This document shows, piece after piece, positions 25,256-35,210 of a stretch of 64,000 nt of DNA. Position 1 is the stretch's first letter, and each line of letters starts with the position of its first letter. The notes beneath the pieces were generated by a model. That model saw only the letters and a list, made by a program, of their open reading frames with translations, was not told where the DNA came from and made no database searches. The stretch lies in NCBI RefSeq assembly GCF_056712565.1, contig NZ_CM160072.1. One strand, 5' to 3'. The translations under genes were made by a program, and so were the position numbers.

Positions 25256-25966
25256 TTAATCTCCTGTACGGATAAGTTCTTGTCGGAGTGAATAAGTTCC
25301 GGTAGGTAAATTACGTTCTACAATCACGCGCGGGCCAAGTTGCGTGTTCGGGGAAATAATTCGCCCAGGCAAAATAATAACTTGTACGCCAAGGCGTGAA
25401 CGCTGCCCGATATAACAACCTAATTTATCGCATCCGGTAGCGATAATTCCATCTGGAGTTCGAACAGACACGGGCTGTTCATCCAGACGATGATTACTGG
25501 TTCGTACTTGTGCGCCCAAATATGCCTGGTTTGCAACTACCGAGTCGGCAATAAAGCATTGCGGACCAATCGTGGCTTCCGCTTCAATAACCGCATTTTT
25601 AATTTCGGTGGCAAAACCAATTCTTACGCCATTGCTGATTATTGTGCCAGGACGAATAAACGCATAATTACCTATTAGGCAGTTTGCGCCAATCACTACC
25701 GGACCCTGAATAACGGCACCGTGGCAAATACGGGTATTCGCGCCGATAACAACCTCACCGGCACTTTCATCAATAATCACCTGGTCTGCAATCTGAATAT
25801 TTTTCTCTTTAACATTAAGCTTCAGATAGTTTTTCAGTTCCTGTGACAGAAGGGTGGGAATAAGCGGTTGACACTTCCACCAGTGCGGAATAGCGGGTGG
25901 GTTTGTCGCGCTGAGGTTCGCGTCCAGTAAAAAAGGCAATAAGTCCATAAATAATCCAGATGGCAT
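25256..25966 (-). CDS. yaiX: Hexapeptide-repeat (left-handed beta-helix) acyl/acetyltransferase; start codon uncertain
   Basis: Repeated [LIV]-G-x-x-x-x hexapeptides (VIGANTRICHGAVIQGPVVIGANCLIGNYAFIRPGTIISNGVRIG); 5' end overlaps yaiP by up to 152 bp; stop is 1 bp from yaiO ATG. Confidence 0.6.
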   Translation of the reverse strand: MPSGLFMDLLPFLLDANLSATNPPAIPHWWKCQPLIPTLLSQELKNYLKLNVKEKNIQIADQVIIDESAGEVVIGANTRICHGAVIQGPVVIGANCLIGNYAFIRPGTIISNGVRIGFATEIKNAVIEAEATIGPQCFIADSVVANQAYLGAQVRTSNHRLDEQPVSVRTPDGIIATGCDKLGCYIGQRSRLGVQVIILPGRIISPNTQLGPRVIVERNLPTGTYSLRQELIRTGD

Positions 25967-27071
25967 AAGCTAATAATACATACACAACGGAAAGCGGTGC
26001 TAAAGGCACCAACAACCAGCAACGATGAAACCAGGCGCTAAATGCACCAATAACACAAACTACGCCGACCCAGATAAGCGGGAACATTGCCAACACCACA
26101 CCATGTGGCCCGGTGGTGATGAATTCATTAAACCAGGTAGTGAGATAAATACCAACGCCATAAAGCACAACCAACAGCATAGGAAATATACTGAAGATAC
26201 CGAAGCGGCTAAATAAAAGTCTTTTATGCAGGCGCATACAGACCGCGTAGCCCACAATCCAACGCCGCCAGCGGCGCCACTCCTCACGCGGACTGTTACA
26301 TTCCTGTGGGTATACGATGCAGCGATTCGCCTGCCGAATACGGTAGCCGTTTGCCACCAATGTCCAGGTGAGATCAAGGTCTTCGACTTTAGTACGATCC
26401 GAGAAACCGAACTTACGCAATACATCAGTACGGAACATCCCGCAGGCACCGCTGATGATAAACGGTGCGCCGCCCAGAAGCTGCTGTAGCGTGCGCTTCA
26501 TAACAATCATCGGCAACTTTACGGTCGCGCGGATGTGTAGCTGCTGTAGCGTGCGCTTCATAACAATCATCGGCAACTTTACGGTCGCGCGGATGTGTGG
26601 TAACAGACCCGCGCCTTTCAACGCAGTAGAGGGAATGCCGCCTACGGCATCAGCGCCACGCTCAATTTCCGCCAGCATATAGCCCATTCCGTCTTGATCG
26701 GGCGGAACATAGGTGTCGGCATCACTTAAAAAAACCTGATCGCAGGTGGCGTAATTGAGGCCATTCATCAGCGCACCACCTTTACCGGTATTTTTTTGCG
26801 TGACGGCAACAAAGCGGTCGCCCCATTTGCGTTTGACTTCCGCCATGACCGCTTCGGTATTGTCCATGGAGCCGTCGTTAACGCAAATTACCCGGCAAAA
26901 ATAAGGGTTACGCAGCAGATTATCCAGTGACTGCGCCAGACACGGGCCTTCGTTATAAGCAGGTATAATGGCGTCAATACAGCCTTTCTTTTGGCTGGGC
27001 TTACGCCTTAACGTACTCAGAAACCATAGCAATATTGCTACGGCCATACATATAAAGATCCAGGTTTTCAT
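25815..27071 (-). CDS. yaiP: Integral-membrane family-2 glycosyltransferase (synthase-like topology)
   Basis: 418 aa; N-terminal TM, CVNDGSMDNT and SDAD (DxD) motifs, EEWRRW (QxxRW-like), four or more C-terminal TM helices; contains a 20-aa tandem duplication. Confidence 0.75.
   Translation of the reverse strand: MKTWIFICMAVAILLWFLSTLRRKPSQKKGCIDAIIPAYNEGPCLAQSLDNLLRNPYFCRVICVNDGSMDNTEAVMAEVKRKWGDRFVAVTQKNTGKGGALMNGLNYATCDQVFLSDADTYVPPDQDGMGYMLAEIERGADAVGGIPSTALKGAGLLPHIRATVKLPMIVMKRTLQQLHIRATVKLPMIVMKRTLQQLLGGAPFIISGACGMFRTDVLRKFGFSDRTKVEDLDLTWTLVANGYRIRQANRCIVYPQECNSPREEWRRWRRWIVGYAVCMRLHKRLLFSRFGIFSIFPMLLVVLYGVGIYLTTWFNEFITTGPHGVVLAMFPLIWVGVVCVIGAFSAWFHRCWLLVPLAPLSVVYVLLAYAIWIIYGLIAFFTGREPQRDKPTRYSALVEVSTAYSHPSVTGTEKLSEA
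26479..26598. repeat. Perfect 60-bp tandem duplication (2 copies) inside yaiP
   Basis: agctgctgtagcgtgcgcttcataacaatcatcggcaactttacggtcgcgcggatgtgt at 26479-26538 repeated exactly at 26539-26598; encodes HIRATVKLPMIVMKRTLQQL twice in frame. Confidence 0.95.
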
Positions 27072-27080
27072 GCAATTTGC

Positions 27081-27767
27081 TCAAAGAATCATTTTATGAA
27101 TAACAAAACCTTCACCCAGATCGCTATTGACCTGTTGCCCGCGAAATTGAGCAACTGCACGCAGACGCTCCGGGCGCATATAATCTCGCTGGCTCTGACT
27201 TTTATGTTTTTTTAACGCAGTCAGTTTAAGAGAAAAATATTCTTCTTTCACGGATTCAAAAACCTGAGGCATAAATGAAAGCCAGGTACTTGGTGTTTCA
27301 TAGCCGAGAATTTGCGGAATAGCGCGACAGGCAACCATTGAGGCTTGATAGACTGCAAGATGATCCTGATGGCGGTCAGCATCATGCATGGTATATACAC
27401 GTATAATTTCAACATCAGAGGGAATTTGATTTTTTATGATGTTTTCCAGGGCAGAAATCATATCATTGAGCTGTAAATGAGCGCGGGTGTCAGCAAAATT
27501 AAGATGAATAGTTTGGTGGCACCCTAATATCTTTAGAGCGTTGCGTGATTCTTCGTGGCGATCGATTATTCCATCTACGCCAGAATTACCGGTAGTCATC
27601 ACTACGGTAGCAATATAAATTCCTTTTTGCGCAAGGCGAGCTAGCGATGCGCCACAGCCTAATTCTATATCGTCAGGATGCGCGCCAATGGCAAGGATAC
27701 CCTTTCTTTTATTTGCCGAAGAAAGGATCGCTGAATCTAAAACCTTATCCACTTTATGACACTCCAT
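27081..27767 (-). CDS. yaiS: PIG-L/LmbE-family de-N-acetylase
   Basis: 228 aa; LAIGAHPDDIELGCG and HQDH metal-binding motifs; stop is 9 bp from yaiP start. Confidence 0.75.
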   Translation of the reverse strand: MECHKVDKVLDSAILSSANKRKGILAIGAHPDDIELGCGASLARLAQKGIYIATVVMTTGNSGVDGIIDRHEESRNALKILGCHQTIHLNFADTRAHLQLNDMISALENIIKNQIPSDVEIIRVYTMHDADRHQDHLAVYQASMVACRAIPQILGYETPSTWLSFMPQVFESVKEEYFSLKLTALKKHKSQSQRDYMRPERLRAVAQFRGQQVNSDLGEGFVIHKMIL

Positions 27768-28359
27768 TTTATTTATTATACTACAAGCACAACGACGCCC
27801 CCAGAGACGTAACCTCTGACGCAGACAGATGCTAATTTTTAAGTGTTAAAAATAGCTGATAGCTGAAAAACAAGGGGCTGTCAGGTACGGGGGTAAGAGT
27901 GTGTAATCTTTTATGTAGTTCATATGTTAAGTGTTTGTGTGTTTGGTTTGTATGGTTATTTTATTTTATATATTGTATTTAAATGTGATTTAGTTTGTCA
28001 ATTAATTGCATATTAAAAATATGTTCTATGCACAAATATTGATTATATACATTATGTGAATACATTATGTGGTTGATTGAGAATGATACATTTATATATG
28101 CAATGTGAATATAATGGTTTCATTATATGTGTTGCTGTTAATAAAATAACAGACATTAGAACCTGCTTGTTTATGCATTAATAAAATGAAGTGCAGTAAT
28201 TTACTGAGTTATCAGAGTGGGCGTAATTGCATATTTAATCTTTCCTTTGCCGCTTTTTTGCTAAGAATAAAATCATCTGTACGATAACGACTAATTCTTT
28301 TAATGAATGTTTTTATTCCTGAATACTGCTCCCATAACAAGACGGGGGAGCAGACAATC

Positions 28360-29322
28360 ATGGTAATTTCATCGCGTAACACATTTCTTGCCGCACTGGC
28401 ATTCATCGCTTTTCAGGCGCAGGCGGTGAACGTCACCGTGGCGTATCAAACCTCCGCCGAACCGGCGAAAGTGGCTCAGGCCGACAACACCTTTGCTAAA
28501 GAAAGCGGAGCAACCGTGGACTGGCGTAAGTTTGACAGTGGAGCCAGCATCGTGCGGGCGCTGGCTTCGGGCGATGTGCAAATCGGCAACCTCGGTTCCA
28601 GCCCGTTAGCGGTTGCAACCAGCCAACAGGTGCCGATTGAAGTCTTCTTGCTGGCGTCAAAACTGGGTAACTCCGAAGCGCTGGTGGTAAAGAAAACTAT
28701 CAGTAAACCGGAAGACTTGATTGGTAAACGCATCGCCGTACCGTTTATCTCCACCACCCACTACAGCCTGCTGGCGGCGCTGAAACACTGGGGTATTAAA
28801 CCTGGGCAAGTTGAGATTGTGAACCTGCAGCCGCCCGCAATTATCGCCGCATGGCAGCGGGGAGATATTGATGGTGCTTATGTCTGGGCACCGGCGGTTA
28901 ACGCCCTGGAAAAAGATGGCAAGGTGCTGACCGATTCTGAACAGGTCGGGCAGTGGGGCGCGCCGACACTGGACGTCTGGGTCGTGCGGAAAGATTTTGC
29001 CGAGAAACATCCAGAGGTCGTGAAAGCGTTCGCTAAAAGCGCCATCGATGCTCAGCAACCGTACATTGCTAACCCAGACGCGTGGCTGAAACAGCCGGAA
29101 AACATCAGCAAACTGGCGCGGTTAAGCGGCGTGCCGGAAGGTGACGTTCCGGGGCTGGTGAAGGGAAATACCTATCTGACGCCGCAGCAACAAACGGCAG
29201 AACTGACCGGACCGGTGAACAAAGCGATCATCGACACCGCGCAGTTTTTGAAAGAGCAGGGCAAAGTCCCGGCTGTAGCGAATGATTACAGCCAGTACGT
29301 TACCTCGCGCTTCGTGCAATAA
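28360..29322 (+). CDS. tauA: Taurine ABC transporter periplasmic binding protein
   Basis: Start at MVISSRNTFLAALAFIAFQAQA (signal peptide); 320 aa; track ORF begins 19 codons upstream. Confidence 0.9.
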   Translation: MVISSRNTFLAALAFIAFQAQAVNVTVAYQTSAEPAKVAQADNTFAKESGATVDWRKFDSGASIVRALASGDVQIGNLGSSPLAVATSQQVPIEVFLLASKLGNSEALVVKKTISKPEDLIGKRIAVPFISTTHYSLLAALKHWGIKPGQVEIVNLQPPAIIAAWQRGDIDGAYVWAPAVNALEKDGKVLTDSEQVGQWGAPTLDVWVVRKDFAEKHPEVVKAFAKSAIDAQQPYIANPDAWLKQPENISKLARLSGVPEGDVPGLVKGNTYLTPQQQTAELTGPVNKAIIDTAQFLKEQGKVPAVANDYSQYVTSRFVQ

Positions 29323-29334
29323 AAGGAGGCGCAG

Positions 29335-30102
29335 ATGCTGCAAATTTCTCATCTTTACGCCGATTATGGCGGCAAACCGGCACTGGAAGATATCAACCTG
29401 ACGCTGGAAAGCGGCGAGCTTCTGGTAGTTCTGGGGCCGTCTGGCTGCGGCAAAACTACGTTGCTGAATTTGATTGCTGGTTTTGTGCCTTATCAGCATG
29501 GCAGCATTCAACTGGCGGGTAAGGGTATTCAGGGACCGGGAGCAGAGCGTGGCGTAGTTTTTCAGAATGAAGGGCTGTTACCGTGGCGCAATGTACAGGA
29601 CAACGTGGCGTTCGGCCTGCAACTGGCAGGTGTAGAGAAAATGCAGCGACTGGAAATCGCACACCAGATGGTGAAAAAAGTCGGGCTGGAAGGCGCAGAA
29701 AAACGCTACATCTGGCAGCTTTCCGGTGGTCAACGTCAGCGGGTGGGGATTGCCCGCGCGTTGGCGGCAAATCCCCAGCTGTTATTACTCGACGAACCGT
29801 TTGGTGCGCTGGACGCCTTCACCCGCGACCAGATGCAAACTCTGCTGCTGAAACTCTGGCAGGAGACGGGAAAGCAGGTGCTGTTGATTACCCACGATAT
29901 AGAAGAAGCGGTGTTTATGGCGACTGAACTGGTTCTGCTTTCACCCGGCCCAGGCCGTGTGCTGGAGCGGCTGCCGCTCAACTTTGCTCGCCGCTTTGTT
30001 GCGGGAGAGTCGAGCCGCAGCATCAAGTCCGATCCACAATTCATCGCCATGCGCGAATATGTTTTAAGCCGCGTATTTGAGCAACGGGAGGCGTTCTCAT
30101 GA
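29335..30102 (+). CDS. tauB: Taurine ABC transporter ATP-binding protein
   Basis: Walker [13 protein letters not shown] signature LSGGQRQRV, Walker B LLLDEP. Confidence 0.92.
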   Translation: MLQISHLYADYGGKPALEDINLTLESGELLVVLGPSGCGKTTLLNLIAGFVPYQHGSIQLAGKGIQGPGAERGVVFQNEGLLPWRNVQDNVAFGLQLAGVEKMQRLEIAHQMVKKVGLEGAEKRYIWQLSGGQRQRVGIARALAANPQLLLLDEPFGALDAFTRDQMQTLLLKLWQETGKQVLLITHDIEEAVFMATELVLLSPGPGRVLERLPLNFARRFVAGESSRSIKSDPQFIAMREYVLSRVFEQREAFS

Positions 30103-30926
30103 GTGTGCTCATTAATGAAAAACTGCATTCGCATCGGCTGAAATGGCGCTGGCCGCTCTCGCGTCAGGTGACCTTAAGCATTGGTACGTTAGCGGTTTTG
30201 CTCACTGTATGGTGGGCAGTCGCGGCGCTGCAACTGATTAGCCCGCTGTTTTTGCCGCCACCGCAACAGGTACTGGCAAAACTGCTCACCATTGCCGGGC
30301 CGCAGGGATTTATGGACGCCACGCTGTGGCAGCATCTGGCAGCCAGCCTGACGCGCATTGTGCTGGCGCTACTCGCGGCGGTGTTGATCGGTATTCCGGT
30401 CGGGATCGCCATGGGGCTAAGCCCGACGGTGCGCGGCATTCTGGATCCGATAATCGAGCTTTATCGTCCGGTGCCGCCGCTGGCTTATTTGCCGCTGATG
30501 GTGATCTGGTTTGGTATTGGCGAAACCTCGAAGATCTTACTGATCTATCTAGCGATTTTTGCGCCGGTGGCGATGTCGGCGCTGGCGGGGGTGAAAAGCG
30601 CGCAGCAGGTTCGCATTCGTGCCGCCCAGTCGCTGGGTGCCAGCCGTGCGCAGGTGCTGTGGTTTGTCATTTTGCCCGGCGCGCTGCCGGAAATCCTCAC
30701 CGGATTACGCATTGGTCTGGGTGTGGGCTGGTCTACGCTGGTGGCGGCGGAGCTGATTGCCGCAACGCGCGGTTTAGGATTTATGGTTCAGTCAGCGGGT
30801 GAATTTCTCGCGACTGACGTGGTGCTGGCGGGGATCGCGGTGATTGCGATTATCGCCTTTCTTTTAGAACTGGGTCTGCGCGCGTTACAGCGCCGCCTGA
30901 CGTCCTGGCATGGAGAAGTACAATGA
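30099..30926 (+). CDS. tauC: Taurine ABC transporter permease
   Basis: 275-aa multi-TM ORF; 4-bp overlaps with tauB and tauD. Confidence 0.92.
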   Translation: MSVLINEKLHSHRLKWRWPLSRQVTLSIGTLAVLLTVWWAVAALQLISPLFLPPPQQVLAKLLTIAGPQGFMDATLWQHLAASLTRIVLALLAAVLIGIPVGIAMGLSPTVRGILDPIIELYRPVPPLAYLPLMVIWFGIGETSKILLIYLAIFAPVAMSALAGVKSAQQVRIRAAQSLGASRAQVLWFVILPGALPEILTGLRIGLGVGWSTLVAAELIAATRGLGFMVQSAGEFLATDVVLAGIAVIAIIAFLLELGLRALQRRLTSWHGEVQ

Positions 30927-31774
30927 GTGAACGTCTGAGCATTACCCCGCTGGGGCCGTATATTGGCGCACAAATTACGGGGGCCGACTTAACGCGCCCG
31001 TTAAGCGATAATCAGTTTGAACAGCTTTACCATGCGGTGCTGCGCCATCATGTGGTGTTTCTGCGCGATCAAGCTATTACGCCGCAGCAGCAACGCGCGC
31101 TGGCCCAGCGTTTTGGCGAGCTGCATATTCACCCTGTTTACCCTCATGCTGAAGGGGTTGACGAGATCATCGTCCTGGATACCCATAACGATAATCCGCC
31201 GGATAACGACAACTGGCACACCGATGTGACATTTATTCAAACGCCACCCGCAGGGGCGATTCTGGCGGCGAAAGAGTTACCCTCGACCGGCGGCGATACG
31301 CTCTGGGCCAGTGGTATTGCCGCATATGAGGCGCTCTCTGTTCCCTTCCGCCAGCTGTTGAGCGGGTTGCGTGCGGAGCATGATTTCCGTAAATCGTTCC
31401 CGGAATACAAGTACCGCAAAACCGAGGCTGAGCATCAACGCTGGCGTGAGGCGGTCGCGAAAAATCCACCGTTGCTACATCCGGTGGTGCGAACGCATCC
31501 GGTGACCGGTAAACAGGCGCTGTTTGTGAACGAAGGTTTTACCACACGAATTGTTGATGTCAGCGAGAAAGAGAGCGAAGCCTTGTTAGGTTTTTTGTTT
31601 GCCCATATCACTAAACCGGAGTTTCAGGTGCGCTGGCGCTGGCAACCGAATGATATTGCGATTTGGGATAACCGCGTGACTCAGCACTATGCCAATGCGG
31701 ATTACCTGCCACAGCGGCGGATTATGCATCGGGCGACGATTCTTGGGGATATTCCGTTTTATCGGGCGGGGTAA
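30923..31774 (+). CDS. tauD: Taurine dioxygenase (Fe/2-oxoglutarate dependent)
   Basis: 283-aa ORF, HTD facial-triad motif (WHTDVTF). Confidence 0.92.
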   Translation: MSERLSITPLGPYIGAQITGADLTRPLSDNQFEQLYHAVLRHHVVFLRDQAITPQQQRALAQRFGELHIHPVYPHAEGVDEIIVLDTHNDNPPDNDNWHTDVTFIQTPPAGAILAAKELPSTGGDTLWASGIAAYEALSVPFRQLLSGLRAEHDFRKSFPEYKYRKTEAEHQRWREAVAKNPPLLHPVVRTHPVTGKQALFVNEGFTTRIVDVSEKESEALLGFLFAHITKPEFQVRWRWQPNDIAIWDNRVTQHYANADYLPQRRIMHRATILGDIPFYRAG

Positions 31775-31781
31775 GGGGGAA

Positions 31782-31805
31782 ATGCCGGGTTGGATAACCC
31801 GGCAT
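31782..31805. terminator. Hairpin between convergent tauD and hemB (bidirectional terminator candidate)
   Basis: atgccgggtt ggat aacccggcat, 10-bp perfect stem. Confidence 0.55.
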
Positions 31806-31813
31806 AATGATCA

Positions 31814-32788
31814 TTAACGCAGAATCTTCTTCTCAGCCAAATCCAGCGCAAAGTAGCTGAAAATCAGATCCGCACCCGCACGCTTAATCGAACCTAAGCT
31901 TTCGAGCACGACTTTCTCTTCATCTATAGCACCCGCCAGCGCGGCGAACTTAATCATCGCGTACTCACCGCTCACCTGATACGCGCCAATCGGCAATTCA
32001 GTACGTTCACGCAGCTCACGCACGATGTCGAGGTATGCTCCGGCAGGTTTAACCATCAGGCAGTCTGCGCCCTGGGCTTCATCCAGCAGCGACTCACGAA
32101 TCGCCTCACGACGGTTCATTGGGTTCATCTGATAGCTTTTGCGGTCGCCTTTTAATGCGCTTCCGGCAGCTTCACGGAACGGGCCATAAAAGGAGGAGGC
32201 GAACTTGGTCGAATACGACATAATCGCCGTATCTTTAAAGCCCGCAGCGTCCAGCGCCTGGCGAATCGCCTGTACCTGACCATCCATCGCGGCAGAAGGG
32301 GCGATGAAGTCTGCGCCTGCAGCAGCTGCAACCACAGCTTGCTTGCCTAAATTTTCCAGAGTCGCGTCGTTGTCGACGCCATGCTCGCACAGAACACCGC
32401 AGTGACCGTGAGATGTGTATTCACAGAAGCAGGTGTCTGACATAACGATCATTTCTGGCACGGTCTGCTTGCAGATGCGCGACATACGCGCCACCAGTCC
32501 ATCTTCCCGCCAGGCATCGCTGCCGGTTTCATCGGTATGGTGAGAGATGCCGAAAGTCATCACGGAACGAATACCGGCGTTGGCGATGCGTTCAATTTCG
32601 CGTGCCAGATGTTTCTCTGGAATGCGCATCACGCCTGGCATGGCTTCAACGGCTTTGTAGTCGTCAATTTCTTCTTCAACAAAGATCGGCAACACCAGGT
32701 CGTTAAGGCTAAGTGTTGTCTCTTCAAACATAGCGCGCAGCGCAGGAGATTTGCGCAGGCGACGAGGGCGTTGGATTAAATCTGTCAT
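31814..32788 (-). CDS. hemB: Porphobilinogen synthase (delta-aminolevulinate dehydratase)
   Basis: Start at [18 protein letters not shown]; 324 aa; track ORF extended 11 codons. Confidence 0.92.
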
Positions 32789-33313
32789 GGTCTGCCTGAT
32801 GTTTGTGGAATCGAGGAGCATAGTATACCTGAAGCAGGCTGGGTGTGTTTTACGAAAGTTGTCGCGATGTTGACAAAAAGAGAATGAAAAAGAGGTCAGG
32901 ACATCTTTGTAATAGAAATAGCAATAATTTCATATTCACTGAAAATATTTTTAATTTTTATTTATAGCCATAGATTATTGTTTTTGGGGATTTGGTGACG
33001 TTTCCAAAAAGTGAATAGCTTAAAGTTCATTGCTTATTGATACATTATTTGTCTGTTTTTGTTGTTTTATATTTTCATGGTCTATGTTTTAAAATTAACG
33101 CTTTCATTAACGTATTGAAATATTGTGTTTTTGTTATTTCTTTCTTTGTGTGTGTTCACGTGCTTTATATATGTCCGCAATCGGACTTAGGGGAAAGAAT
33201 AATTGAACCATTCCTCTATAACGCCGCATAATCGTAAACGCGAAACATAATATGTTTTCTATGCATTGATAATTGATGGATCAACTTATTACGTCCCTGA
33301 GGAGGGATGACAA

Positions 33314-33970
33314 ATGCACTCCTGGAAAAAGAAACTTGTAGTATCACAATTAGCATTGGCTTGCACTCTGGCTATCACCTCTCAGGCTAATGCAGCAAAC
33401 TATGATACCTGGGGGTATCATGACAACACCACGACCGATTTAGTTTGGCCGTATGACACTGACAATGATGGAATTGCCGATGCTGGCGGCATGGACCCGA
33501 TGGGTTCAGACGGTAACTACGTAACTTACAATGGTTTTGTTTACTATAACAATGCCAATGGCGATTTCGATACTGTCTTTAAAGGCGATACCGTTAACGG
33601 TACCATTTCTACTTATTACTTGAATCATGATTACGCTAGCGGTTCTGTTAACCAGGTAGATATCAGCAATTCAGTAATTCATGGGGCAATCACCTCTGAA
33701 CTGCCATTTGGTTATTACAGCATTACTCCTGCAGAAGTTAATGCTAAAGGTGAAGTTGTAACTCCACAGACCTATAATGGCTATAATTTCTATAACGGAA
33801 TCACTACTGACCTTGACTACAATTGGTACGATGGTGACGTATTCACTCTGAACGTATCCAATTCCACCATTGATGATGACTATGAAGCTCTTTACTTCAC
33901 TGACACATATCTTGATGGTGATAAATCTAAGTCAACCAATGAAACGTTCTATACCGCTCTGGGTGTTGCA
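33314..33970 (+). pseudogene. yaiT: Autotransporter-family protein, N-terminal fragment, truncated by IS2
   Basis: Signal peptide MHSWKKKLVVSQLALACTLAITSQANA, N/T/D-rich passenger repeats; reading frame runs into the IS2 end at 33971. Confidence 0.7.
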
Positions 33971-33981
33971 TGGATTTGCCC

Positions 33982-34887
33982 CTATATTTCCAGACACCTG
34001 TTATCACTTAACCCATTACTGGCTTGCTGCCGTAGATATTCCCGTGGCGAGCGATAACCCAGTGCACTATGCGGATGCCATTCGTTATAATGCTCGAACG
34101 CCTCTGCAAGGTTCTTTGCTGCCGTTAACCCGTCTGGTTTGGGCATGACACTGATGTAGTCACGCTTTATCGTTTTCACGAAGCTCTCTGCTATGCCGTT
34201 ACTCTCCGGACTCCGCACCGCCGTGCTCTTCGGTTCAAGCCCCAACATCCGGGCAAACTGCCGTGTTTCATTAGCCCGGTAGCATGAACCATTATCCGTC
34301 AGCCACTCTACTGGAGACGCCGGAAGCTCGTTGCCGAAGCGGCGTTCCACCGCTCCCAGCATGACGTCCTGTACTGTTTCACTGTTGAAGCCGCCCGTAG
34401 TGACCGCCCAGTGCAGTGCCTCACGGTCACAGCAGTCCAGCGCGAACGTGACTCGCAGTTTTTCTCCGTTATCACAGCGGAACTCGAACCCGTCAGAGCA
34501 CCATCGCTGATTACTTTCTTTCACAGCCACTCTGCCTGTATGTGCCCGTTTCGATGGCGGTACAGCAGGTTTTCGCTCAAGCAACAGCGCATTCTGGCGC
34601 ATGATCCGGTAAACACGTTTGGCATTGATCGCAGGCATACCATCAAGTTCTGCCTGTCTGCGAAGCAGCGCCCATACCCGACGATAACCATACGTGGGCA
34701 GCTCTCCGATAACATGGTGTATACGGAGAAGCACATCCGTATCATCAGTGTGACGACTGCGGCGGCCATCCATCCAGTCATCGGTTCGTCTGAGAATGAC
34801 GTGCAACTGCGCACGCGACACCCGGAGACAACGGCTGACTAAGCTTACTCCCCATCCCCGGGCAATAAGGGCGCGTGCGCTATCCAC
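33982..34887 (-). CDS. insD: IS2 transposase OrfB
   Basis: 301-aa ORF with DDE integrase core, ends [29 protein letters not shown]. Confidence 0.9.
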
Positions 34888-35210
34888 TTTTTTGCCCGTC
34901 CATATTCAACGGCTTCTTTGAGGAGTTCATTTTCCATCGTTTTCTTGCCGAGCAGGCGCTGGAGTTCTTTAATCTGCTTCATGGCGGCAGCAAGTTCAGA
35001 GGCAGGAACAACCTGTTCTCCGGCGGCGACAGCAGTAAGACTTCCTTCCTGGTATTGCTTACGCCAGAGAAATAACTGGCTGGCTGCTACACCATGTTGC
35101 CGGGCAACGAGGGAGACCGTCATCCCTGGTTCAAAGCTCTGCTGAACAATTGCGATCTTTTCCTGTGTGGTACGCCGTCTGCGTTTCTCCGGTCCTAAGA
35201 CATCAATCAT
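34845..35210 (-). CDS. insC: IS2 transposase OrfA (HTH)
   Basis: Start at [26 protein letters not shown]; 121 aa; overlaps insD as expected for programmed -1 frameshifting. Confidence 0.9.

Noticed and set aside
28212-28406. 64-aa minus-strand ORF in the yaiS-tauA intergenic region
   Set aside because: Sits in AT-rich promoter DNA, overlaps the tauA start, and has no RBS or recognisable features; more likely regulatory sequence.
33971-34057. Apparent C-terminal extension of the yaiT N-terminal ORF (33314-34057)
   Set aside because: The extra 29 codons are read-through into the IS2 terminal repeat, not native yaiT sequence; the fragment is annotated only to 33970.
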